A stretch of DNA of 59,626 nt, the filler included. It is 6 parts of 6 records of this genome, joined end to end, with 100 filler letters (N's around TTAATTAATTAA, not from the genome) between each part and the next. Parts side by side here need not be neighbours in the genome. Positions count along the whole stretch, not along the records: positions 20,718 to 43,085 come from SRR31156797_15203; 5 more parts are not named here. One strand, given 5' to 3'. A program made the translations under genes and the position numbers. Each line of letters opens with the position of its first letter. The stretch's first letter is position 1. Positions 23,732 to 32,107 of this stretch are shown here, in pieces. The notes below the pieces were generated by a model, which was not told where the DNA came from, did not search any database, and saw only the letters and a list, made by a program, of their open reading frames with translations.

Positions 23732-24543
23732 GACAACTCTCTTCGATTAAAAATCAATGCTGCGCCAATCATTAGAATCGTTACATAAAGAATGCCATAC
23801 AGCGTAATATTGGCTAAATAATCCAGAGAGATAGTGATGGTATGGGATGCCTGCACCTTGAGGTCAAAAACGCTCAAATTCGGCAGTACATACTTTGCAA
23901 CATCGATAATTTGTGACACAGACTCCGAGATCTGCGCCTCCTGACCTGCACTGCTTTTCAGATAAACCACCACCTCTTCAATGCTCTGTCCGGCGATATA
24001 AATGCAGCTGCTGAAAATCAAGGTGATAAATGAACTGCTGGTAATCGAGGAAAAAAAGACGATCATTGCATTTAATACTGCAAACATCAAAAAAGAGGCA
24101 TAGATAGCTTTAAAGTATTCAATCCAGGAAAATGTTTTAAACCAGTCTCCATACTGCGCTTTGGCGATATATAATGTCAGACTGGTACACACGGTCAAAA
24201 CAGCGAATGCTGCCAGGATGATCATCAAAAGCCCCAGATACTTCCCCCAGATATACTGGGATCTGGAAATCGGCTTGGACATCACGCAGTAGATTGTTTT
24301 TTTATCAATATCCTTTGCCATGATATTGATGGATAGAAAAAAGGTCAGCAGCAGACCGGACAGCGATATGGCGGACAGGTTAATATCCACCGCCACCTTG
24401 CTTAATTCCCGCATGAAAAAACCGATAACCACCAGCGTTATGGAAATCATGGCAACGGCAAAAAGGCCGATTCCAATAATGGCCCGGTCCCGGACACCCT
24501 CTTTGAACGTGAGTGTGGATAAAGATAAAATTCCTGATATCAT
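23728..24543 (-). CDS. ABC transporter permease (PilI/Xap-like)
   Basis: [24 protein letters not shown]...GKYLG; about 6 TMs. Confidence 0.85.
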   Translation of the reverse strand: MISGILSLSTLTFKEGVRDRAIIGIGLFAVAMISITLVVIGFFMRELSKVAVDINLSAISLSGLLLTFFLSINIMAKDIDKKTIYCVMSKPISRSQYIWGKYLGLLMIILAAFAVLTVCTSLTLYIAKAQYGDWFKTFSWIEYFKAIYASFLMFAVLNAMIVFFSSITSSSFITLIFSSCIYIAGQSIEEVVVYLKSSAGQEAQISESVSQIIDVAKYVLPNLSVFDLKVQASHTITISLDYLANITLYGILYVTILMIGAALIFNRRELS

Positions 24544-25265
24544 GATTGTTCAGTCCGGATTTCCTTGAGGAACAACTCCTCCATTGTGTTTTCGCTAAGG
24601 GCGTTTTTCGAATATATATTTTTTAACCTGCCCTTATCCATGATTGCGACACGGTCACATATTCGTTCAACATCATTTAAAATATGTGAACAGAATAAAA
24701 TGGTTTTTCCTTCTGCCTGAAGATCCATTATCAGATCGATAACCATTTTTCTGCCCAAAGGATCCAAGCCTGACATGGGCTCATCCATCACAACCACTTT
24801 GGGATCATGAACCAAAGCAAAACAGATACCCGCCCGTTGGAGCATTCCTTTTGAATAGGTCTTCAATCGGCGTTTTTTAACCTCGTATAGATCAACGGCT
24901 TTAAGTATAAAATTGATCCGTTTTTCTGCAAGAAATTTGGGCAGGCCGGAAGCTGTCGTACTGAATCGTAACAATTCAAGCACAGTCAGATTATGATAAA
25001 AATAGGGATTTTCCGGGAGATATCCCATGTTCCTACGGGACTGGGGATTTGAGGGTTGTTTATTTTCAATTGTTAAAGATCCCGTGTCAGGCCGTATAAA
25101 CCCCTGGATCATTTTAATGATTGTACTTTTCCCGGCGCCGTTAGCCCCGATGATTCCAAAAATTTCGCCTGGTTGAATATCTAAAGAAACGTTTTCAACT
25201 GCCGTTTTTTTCTTTCTTAGGAAACCGGAGCTGTAGGATTTTGTAACATTTTTTAAAACAATCAT
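24540..25265 (-). CDS. ABC transporter ATP-binding protein (PilH/XapD-like)
   Basis: [38 protein letters not shown]. Confidence 0.92.
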   Translation of the reverse strand: MIVLKNVTKSYSSGFLRKKKTAVENVSLDIQPGEIFGIIGANGAGKSTIIKMIQGFIRPDTGSLTIENKQPSNPQSRRNMGYLPENPYFYHNLTVLELLRFSTTASGLPKFLAEKRINFILKAVDLYEVKKRRLKTYSKGMLQRAGICFALVHDPKVVVMDEPMSGLDPLGRKMVIDLIMDLQAEGKTILFCSHILNDVERICDRVAIMDKGRLKNIYSKNALSENTMEELFLKEIRTEQS

Positions 25266-25297
25266 AGGGTCAGGGATAGAAGAAGTATAAAGTAAGA

Positions 25298-25332
25298 GGG
25301 CAGAATCCTTTCTTTTCAGAAAGGATCTGCCC
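25298..25332 (-). terminator. Hairpin downstream of pilA-C (terminator/attenuator)
   Basis: GGGCAGA(A)TCCTTTCT-TTTC-AGAAAGGATCTGCCC, followed on the minus strand by TCTTACTTT. Confidence 0.65.
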
Positions 25333-25386
25333 GGTTTTAATGTATTTGGTTTGATACCAACTGATGGTGATTTATAGTATTATTGA

Positions 25387-25728
25387 TTATTTAGAGGAAT
25401 AGCCGGTCGAAGCTGCTCCGGGTGAAGCTGCATCTGCTGCTGTAGGTGTCGCGCTATAAGCTTTCATAAAAATAGCACCGCTGGCGGAATGAACGTTGTA
25501 ACCGATTGCGTCCGTGTCTGCTTTTGTGTTTACTGTAACAATCCCATATGTGTTAGCTGTAGTGCCAACATTTGCCAGAACCCCCGGGGAGATTTCACAC
25601 TCTATTTCTGAACTTGCCCCGATAGTCAGGTTGGAGTTGGCACTGTTCGTGTAATTTGCTGCATAAACCGAGCTGGTCATGCCCATTATTGCGAGAATAC
25701 TAATGATCAGTATTAAAGATTTTTTCAT
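25387..25728 (-). CDS. Secreted PilA-C-like pilin partner
   Basis: Sec signal ending VYA; small beta-type Ser/Thr/Ala-rich protein directly downstream of a truncated pilin, as for Geobacter PilA-C. Confidence 0.7.
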   Translation of the reverse strand: MKKSLILIISILAIMGMTSSVYAANYTNSANSNLTIGASSEIECEISPGVLANVGTTANTYGIVTVNTKADTDAIGYNVHSASGAIFMKAYSATPTAADAASPGAASTGYSSK

Positions 25729-25820
25729 AATATGAACTCCTTATAATATTTTACAATAAAATTTCATAGTATATTGATGGTAATACAAATTAATTGGCCG
25801 GGTAAATATCCCACTTTGCA

Positions 25821-26039
25821 TCAGAGCGGGTAAGTATCCCACTCCGCATAGTACCCTTCAAGGTCTGTTTTGATATTCTTTGCATCAGAAATAGACGCAG
25901 CATTATAGGATTTTGCCCGGTATTTTGAAAACTGCGGGATGGCAATTGCAGCCAGGATACCGATGATTGCGATAACAATCATGAGTTCAATCAATGTAAA
26001 ACCTTTTTGATTTTTTTGTTTTCTTAGCCAGTTGGTCAT
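25821..26039 (-). CDS. pilA: Short type IVa major pilin (PilA-N / e-pilin type)
   Basis: Class III signal [10 protein letters not shown]5, P22; 59-aa mature; SD GGAGG. Confidence 0.95.
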   Translation of the reverse strand: MTNWLRKQKNQKGFTLIELMIVIAIIGILAAIAIPQFSKYRAKSYNAASISDAKNIKTDLEGYYAEWDTYPL

Positions 26040-26079
26040 GTGTCACCTCCAAAAATTATGGTGTTAGTGTTAAAACGGC

Positions 26080-26118
26080 CGTCGTTTTGTTTCGTCGCTT
26101 TGTTTCGTCGTTTTGTGT
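26080..26118. repeat. Three tandem 13-bp repeats in pilA leader
   Basis: CGTCGTTTTGTTT / CGTCGCTTTGTTT / CGTCGTTTTGTGT. Confidence 0.9.
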
Positions 26119-26133
26119 TTGCATAATTTATAC

Positions 26134-26149
26134 TTCAAGAAGAATGCCA
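26134..26149 (-). promoter_or_regulatory. Putative sigma54 -24/-12 promoter of pilA
   Basis: Minus strand TGGCATTCTTCTTGAA (GG-N10-GA; -12 non-canonical). Confidence 0.6.
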
Positions 26150-26277
26150 GACGATTTTTTTAAAAAAAAATTTAAAAAACATCTTTAAAATCAATAAATT
26201 AAAACAAATAATAGAAAATTGATTTTTGAGCCAAAAACTCCAGGGTCTTAAAAATGTTTCCAATTTTTGAAATTCGC

Positions 26278-26302
26278 TACCAAATTTTGTCACTTTTCGT
26301 CA
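26278..26302 (-). promoter_or_regulatory. Candidate PilR upstream activator sites
   Basis: Minus strand TGACGAAAAGTGACAAAATTTGGTA: repeated TGAC half-sites about 130-150 bp upstream of the sigma54 site. Confidence 0.4.
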
Positions 26303-26441
26303 TCTATTATAGAATAAGGGGCCACCTGAAACGAATTTACAAAAAATATTTTAAATGAATGTATTAAATGATAAGGTTTGATCACTTTTTCCTGACTTTA
26401 AAAATTTCAAACATTTTACAATCATTGGACTTAACTTTTAG

Positions 26442-27317
26442 ATGAATCCGAAAATGAAGAAACCGCTCCACCAGGAAATTATCCGACTGATCCGTCCTTA
26501 TCAGTGGATAAAAAACCTGCTACTGTTTTCACCGATATTTTTTGCCGGAAAAGTGGTGGAAACAACTCTGCTGACTGTCGGTGTGGGGGTGGTAATATTC
26601 TGCCTGGTTTCAAGCCTGGGATACCTGCTAAACGACTGGATGGACAGAGAAAAGGATGTCTATCATTTCAGTAAGAAAACACGGCCCTTTGCAGCACAGA
26701 CCGTCTCCGGAAGACAGGGGGTTCTCATTGCGGTCACCCTTTTTACCGTTACCGGTATCCTGTTAATTTTTTATCCGCACCCGCTTCAATTTATTGTTTA
26801 CCTGGCCGTTTATACGATCCTGACCTGCTGTTATAGTTTATGGGTTAAAAATGTCATGATCCTTGAAATTTTCTGCGTGGCTCTGGGCTTTGTCTTTCGT
26901 GTCTTAGCCGGAGGTGCTGCCGGGGATGTGAAAATTTCAAGCTGGCTGTTCCTGACGGTCTTTTTCATCGCCATGATGATCTCTATTGCAAAACGGGTGA
27001 ATGAACTCAAAGAATTGGGGAAGGAAACTGCCGTTCTTCACAGAAATAGCCAGGTTGGCTATTCAGATAACTACCTGAATAGCATGCTCTGGGCCTGCGG
27101 GAGCATAACACTTGTGGTCTATGCCCTTTATGCCGTTGAACATGGAACGTTGGTCGTGTATTCTGTTGTTCCTGCGACCTATGGAATTTTCAGGTTCATC
27201 TATCTGACAGACCTTGGCTGCGGTTCAGACCCAATACGAACGCTATTCAGCGATCGGCAGTTGTCGTTGACCACATTAATCTTTATATGTTTTCTGACTA
27301 TTGTCATCTATTACTGA
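26442..27317 (+). CDS. UbiA-family polyprenyl-phosphate phosphoribosyltransferase (DPPR synthase-like; XapE-like)
   Basis: IRPYQWIKN, NDWMDREKD..H..K..RPFA, LGFVFRVLAG, KRVNEL motifs of the Rv3806c-type subfamily. Confidence 0.85.
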   Translation: MNPKMKKPLHQEIIRLIRPYQWIKNLLLFSPIFFAGKVVETTLLTVGVGVVIFCLVSSLGYLLNDWMDREKDVYHFSKKTRPFAAQTVSGRQGVLIAVTLFTVTGILLIFYPHPLQFIVYLAVYTILTCCYSLWVKNVMILEIFCVALGFVFRVLAGGAAGDVKISSWLFLTVFFIAMMISIAKRVNELKELGKETAVLHRNSQVGYSDNYLNSMLWACGSITLVVYALYAVEHGTLVVYSVVPATYGIFRFIYLTDLGCGSDPIRTLFSDRQLSLTTLIFICFLTIVIYY

Positions 27318-28432
27318 TGCATTCGTTGATCAGCACATTAAAAACAATTGACCGGATAATCGGTCCCTGGCTGTTAAAGTTTCTGCCCCAAACAGCTAAA
27401 TTCCGTTTGTCCAATGGAAAACTGGACAACATTTTAGTCATCAGGCCTGGGGGCCTTGGGGATGCCCTCCTACTGCTGCCGGTTTTAAAAGAAATTGCTG
27501 TAACAAAAAATGTAAAAATAGATGTGCTGTGCGAACCGAGGAACAAGTCCGCATTTGAAAACGTAAATTTTATCGGCCAAATAGATTCATATCAAAACAT
27601 TGGCTCTTTGGCGAAAGCTCTTTTAAAAAAATATGATGCGGTTATTGATACAGAGCAGTCTTATGTTCTGTCGGCTGTAATCGCCAGATGTGTCCGCGCA
27701 CCCATTAAGATAGGGTTTGACACAAACGACAGAGGTAAGATGTATACGTTGGCAGTTCCCTATGATCAGGATCAGTACGAACCAGAGACTTTTTATTCTC
27801 TTTTTTCTGCTATTTTCAACCTTGCGGCAGGATTTAAGATAGATCCGCCATATTTCAAGGATACCCTGTCAGTAAAAATATCGGCAAAAAAATCTGAGTG
27901 CGTCTGCCTTTTTCCTGGAACAACCGTTTTGGAAAAAAAATGGCCGGAAGAAAATTGGGCTTATATCGTCAACTGGCTGATTCAAAAAGAATTTACACCT
28001 GTTTTATTGGGCGGACAGACAGAAAAAAAACAATGCGAAAGGATCATCGCTTTAAGTGGTAGACAGCAGGCGATTAACCTATGCGGTAAACTATCAATCT
28101 CCCCGACAGCTATGTTTTTTGAACAAATAAGGTTACTAATCAGCACGGACTCAGGGATTCTTCATCTGGCAATGCTGTGCAATGTCCCGACCATATCCTT
28201 GTTCGGCCCAAGCAGTTCCCCAAAATGGGCACCTAAAGGTAATGGTCATCAGGTCGTTAACAAGAATCTGCTGTGCAGCCCATGCAGCCGGTTCGGGACC
28301 ATCCCGAACTGCCTCAACCAGAATGCCTGCATGGCAGAAATCAGGACAAAAGATGTAATTCGAAGCGTAGAATCAATTTTAGATAAAAAAATAACGAGAA
28401 AAAGATATCAGCTATGCGTGAAGCCATTTTAA
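27317..28432 (+). CDS. GT9 heptosyltransferase-like glycosyltransferase (XapJ-like)
   Basis: RPGGLGDALL, KKWP, STDSGILHLA, LFGPS, CSPC; ATG overlaps ubiA stop. Confidence 0.9.
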   Translation: MHSLISTLKTIDRIIGPWLLKFLPQTAKFRLSNGKLDNILVIRPGGLGDALLLLPVLKEIAVTKNVKIDVLCEPRNKSAFENVNFIGQIDSYQNIGSLAKALLKKYDAVIDTEQSYVLSAVIARCVRAPIKIGFDTNDRGKMYTLAVPYDQDQYEPETFYSLFSAIFNLAAGFKIDPPYFKDTLSVKISAKKSECVCLFPGTTVLEKKWPEENWAYIVNWLIQKEFTPVLLGGQTEKKQCERIIALSGRQQAINLCGKLSISPTAMFFEQIRLLISTDSGILHLAMLCNVPTISLFGPSSSPKWAPKGNGHQVVNKNLLCSPCSRFGTIPNCLNQNACMAEIRTKDVIRSVESILDKKITRKRYQLCVKPF

Positions 28433-29298
28433 AAATTGTTTTAAAAGACTGCCCCAATGGAGACCTGCTCTCTTTTTCAAAAACGGATAAAAAAATCAGC
28501 TGCGTATTCATTTTTTACCAACGGTTTGATTTGATGAGGCAGATTCTTCATAACCTCAACTCCCAGGGTATGCCAAAGACTGATTTTGAAGTTGTTCTGG
28601 TAGAAGATCGGGGGGGATCCGAGAAAGGAGCTGGCCTGGTCAGCCAGTTCCCTGACCTTGATATCCGTTATTTTGCCCCGGAAGAAGGCTGGGGGAAAAT
28701 GGGGGCAATGAGAAATTACGGGTTATCAAAAGCAAAAGGGGAAATTTGCCTGTTTCTTGATGACGACACCGTTATATTAAATCCTTATTTTCTGAAGACT
28801 CTGGCAGAACTGTTCGATACCCATCCGGAGTGCGGCGGCATCATGTCACACGGCCGGGCATCCTACTCCCTTATCAATGATCGGTATGACTTCCATGATC
28901 CTTATTTTTTTACCAACAGATGCATGGCATACCGGAAAACCTGCCTGGAAAAACTGAATGGATTTGATGCCAGTTTTATTGGCCAGGAGGATGTGGAACT
29001 GGCCATCCGCTTCATGGCCAGCGGCCACACAGCGCTCAAGGCAGAAGGACTTAACTATTACCACCCGCCGCTGATTTGTGAAAATTCAAACAAGGCACGT
29101 GCAGTAGGGGCATCTTTTGCGGCATCAAAATATTCCGGCTTCATGAAATGCCTGCTGTTTTTAAATGGAATCCGGTGGCTGCCCTTGTATATCTCTCCGG
29201 CATTGAAGCACCGTTTTATGGCACGGTTTGCATTTGGCTTCTTAAAAGGGTTTCTGGGTCAATTTATCCATGGACAGGCAAAACAGACATACCAGTAA
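28414..29298 (+). CDS. GT2 glycosyltransferase
   Basis: VLVED, RNYG, FLDDD, GFDASF..EDVEL. Confidence 0.88.
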   Translation: MREAILKIVLKDCPNGDLLSFSKTDKKISCVFIFYQRFDLMRQILHNLNSQGMPKTDFEVVLVEDRGGSEKGAGLVSQFPDLDIRYFAPEEGWGKMGAMRNYGLSKAKGEICLFLDDDTVILNPYFLKTLAELFDTHPECGGIMSHGRASYSLINDRYDFHDPYFFTNRCMAYRKTCLEKLNGFDASFIGQEDVELAIRFMASGHTALKAEGLNYYHPPLICENSNKARAVGASFAASKYSGFMKCLLFLNGIRWLPLYISPALKHRFMARFAFGFLKGFLGQFIHGQAKQTYQ

Positions 29299-29397
29299 TC
29301 CACACATAAAAATATGCTTTAAAATTACTTGAACTTTTGTGCCCTTTTGTCAAGCGTGCGTGAAATCATCTAAACCGGTTGATACTATGCGCTTCCA

Positions 29398-30585
29398 TCA
29401 CAACCGACCATGGACATCATGTTTCGGCAGTTTGCTTTTAATTTTCATTTCAAAAATTTGCAATGCTGATTTTATAGTTTGATCCATATCTAAATATGAA
29501 TATGTTCCCAGACGACCACCAAAAAGAACATTTTTCTCTGCCTCAGCCATTTCAATGTATCTAGCCAACATTTTTTTATCTTCAACAGTATTGATTGGAT
29601 AATAAGGATCGTCCTCTTTTGATACTCCTTTGGAAAATTCTGTGTAAATTGTTGTACCTTTTAAAGGCTCCCGTTCAGGATGATAATGTTTGAATTCATG
29701 CGCCCGGGTATAAGGTATTTCTTCATCAGCATAGTTCATTACAGCGGTTCCCTGACAATCTGCCATATCCGGAAGAGATTGTTTTTCAAATTCAACAGTC
29801 CGCCAGCCAAGTGCACCATATTTAAAATTGAAAAATCGATCAATTGGACCGGAATAAATAATCATTGCATCCGGGTTAAAGTCTGGCCTGATATCAAAGA
29901 AATCGGTGTTGGTTTGAACAGCAATGTTTTCGTTTTGAAGCATTTCTTTAAAAATAGCAGTATAGCCTTTAATTGGAATCCCCTGATATGGATCGTCAAA
30001 ATACCCATCATTGTAGTTGGTACGGACCGGTATTCGGTTGAGAATGGTCACCGGCAAATTTACTGGTGATGTGCCCCATTGTTTAACCGTATATCCTTTT
30101 ATGAACGCCTCATAAAGCCGCCGTCCAACAAGACTGATTGCTTTTTCTTCAAAATTTTGGGGATTGCGGATACCTTCCCTGCCGGTTTCTTTTTTTAAAA
30201 AAAATTCTATTTCAGCCGGTTTTAAACAGATATTGTAAAATTTATTAATGGTCTCCAGATTGATCGGCATCGGATAGACCCGGTCTCGAAAGGAGGTTAA
30301 TACTTTGTGACGGTAATGGTTGAACTCTGAAAAGCGCCTGATATAGTCCCATACTTCTTTATTTTTTGTGTGGAAAATATGCGAACCATATACATGGCAC
30401 TCCACATCAGTTGCGGGATCAATTTTTGAATAGCAGTTACCGCCGATATGGGGCCTTTTGTCAATGACCAGTACCTTTCGGTCCATTAGTCGACTGATCA
30501 GTTCTGCTAACGTGGTCCCAAAAAAACCAGCGCCCACAACGATATAATCAAATTGTTTATAATCTTCTTTGGAAAGAGTATTCAT
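29398..30585 (-). CDS. glf: UDP-galactopyranose mutase
   Basis: VGAGFFG, HIGGNCY, YGSHIFHT, PYYP, GRLGTYSYLDMD. Confidence 0.96.
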   Translation of the reverse strand: MNTLSKEDYKQFDYIVVGAGFFGTTLAELISRLMDRKVLVIDKRPHIGGNCYSKIDPATDVECHVYGSHIFHTKNKEVWDYIRRFSEFNHYRHKVLTSFRDRVYPMPINLETINKFYNICLKPAEIEFFLKKETGREGIRNPQNFEEKAISLVGRRLYEAFIKGYTVKQWGTSPVNLPVTILNRIPVRTNYNDGYFDDPYQGIPIKGYTAIFKEMLQNENIAVQTNTDFFDIRPDFNPDAMIIYSGPIDRFFNFKYGALGWRTVEFEKQSLPDMADCQGTAVMNYADEEIPYTRAHEFKHYHPEREPLKGTTIYTEFSKGVSKEDDPYYPINTVEDKKMLARYIEMAEAEKNVLFGGRLGTYSYLDMDQTIKSALQIFEMKIKSKLPKHDVHGRL

Positions 30586-30663
30586 TTTATTTGTTTAAAC
30601 ATCCATATATATTTTTTTAACCTGTTGGAACCGTTCTACCATTGAGGCGTTGTGTCATCGACA

Positions 30664-32106
30664 TCAACAAACGGATTTTTCAGTAGTATCTGTCTCTAAC
30701 GATGCTGTTTTTTCCTTCATTCCTGCGAACCAAACAGCAGGCAACCAAGCGATGGCACCAACCATCCCACAGAGGGCAGCACAAGTGACTTTCCAGATCG
30801 AACCCAAAGACCTTTCTGAAAGATAGAATTGTTTATCCTGGGCATTATATACATAATGTTTCTTAACCATGAACACATAGGGATTAACTGATTTGGACTC
30901 ACATGAGATCCCACAGTCAAACCTACCCAGAAGAATTTTGAATGCGTTTATCGCCTTTTTAAAAATCGGATCTTTCAGGTTCTCGGCAAGATGGAAATCA
31001 TCTGGGCTAACTGTCTGGAAAAGTGCCCTACGGTCGGAACTGACTGATAATGTCAGCTTCGCACTTGGTGAAAGATCACGCAGATGCTTGAAAATATGAA
31101 TGACTTCGTTATAGGCACCGTCGGAAAAAACAATCGCAGTACCGAGATATTTTTTGATAATGTCAGGCTCCACTAATTTGCAGTTGTTTTTATTGCCGCC
31201 AATTATCACTCCAAAAGGAGCTTTTCCGTAACGCCCAGCAACAAAATCCGATATCGAAGAGAACAATAGTCGAGACAAATCCTTTCTATCCATCAACCAC
31301 TCAAGAGTTATCGAAGCAAAAGCATTGAAACAGATCGCACCATACGCACGCATTTTTCTTGCGCCTTTGAGGTGTTTGCTTACCGTTATCAGGCCATTGC
31401 GAAAATCGTAATAAACAACCTGCGGATTAAACCCTTTCTCGACACCATGATAAACTTTCGAGGACAACACCGACACGCACTTATATCCAAGGACGTTGAT
31501 CCTTAAACAAAAATCAATATCATCCCAGTGCAGAAAATAGCGGTCATCCATGCCATTCAATTGTTTAGCAATTGACGCGCGAACAAGCGCGGAACATGCC
31601 GCCACATAGTCAACCTGGACGACCTCCTTTTCTTGCATCTCTGACCATTTCTTATAACGGAAGTTGGGCTTCCAGGTCCCAGTTTTCCAGTCCACAAAAG
31701 CACCCGCTTCAACAAGCAGGTCACGATCCTCCGGACTTAAAATGCAGGACCCAGCAACTCCAATATTTTCATCTTTTTCTGCAACAGCAACAAGTTCCCG
31801 CAAGGTTTCCTTTGTCACCTCCGCATCATTGTCCAACAGCCAAATGTAATCCTGCTCAAGCGAATCTGTTGCGAAACGTATTCCTGTATTGAAGCCACCT
31901 GTGCCACCAAGATTCACCGTGTTCTCAATAAGATGGACATTGATTTTATGAACTTTGATAGCGTTTACGGAATCATCCTCTGATGCATTATCTACGAGTA
32001 CGATTGAGTAGTTAGTGTAATTGATATTGCACAGCGAATCCAAAAGGTTAATAATTTCTTTTTTTTTATTCCATGTCACAATGACAATTGTTACTCGTGG
32101 CTCCAA
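30664..32106 (-). CDS. GT2 glycosyltransferase (galactofuranosyl/rhamnosyl-transferase-like) with extra C-terminal domain
   Basis: VDNAS, NLGGTGGFN, LLDNDA, YFLHWDDIDF; adjacent to glf. Confidence 0.85.
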   Translation of the reverse strand: MEPRVTIVIVTWNKKKEIINLLDSLCNINYTNYSIVLVDNASEDDSVNAIKVHKINVHLIENTVNLGGTGGFNTGIRFATDSLEQDYIWLLDNDAEVTKETLRELVAVAEKDENIGVAGSCILSPEDRDLLVEAGAFVDWKTGTWKPNFRYKKWSEMQEKEVVQVDYVAACSALVRASIAKQLNGMDDRYFLHWDDIDFCLRINVLGYKCVSVLSSKVYHGVEKGFNPQVVYYDFRNGLITVSKHLKGARKMRAYGAICFNAFASITLEWLMDRKDLSRLLFSSISDFVAGRYGKAPFGVIIGGNKNNCKLVEPDIIKKYLGTAIVFSDGAYNEVIHIFKHLRDLSPSAKLTLSVSSDRRALFQTVSPDDFHLAENLKDPIFKKAINAFKILLGRFDCGISCESKSVNPYVFMVKKHYVYNAQDKQFYLSERSLGSIWKVTCAALCGMVGAIAWLPAVWFAGMKEKTASLETDTTEKSVC

Positions 32107-32107
32107 C

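Noticed and set aside
25790-25978. 62-aa ORF overlapping pilA as a frameshifted pilin C-terminus
   Set aside because: pilA ends at YPL* like known short pilins and pilA-C has its own SD and signal peptide; no sign of a broken long pilin
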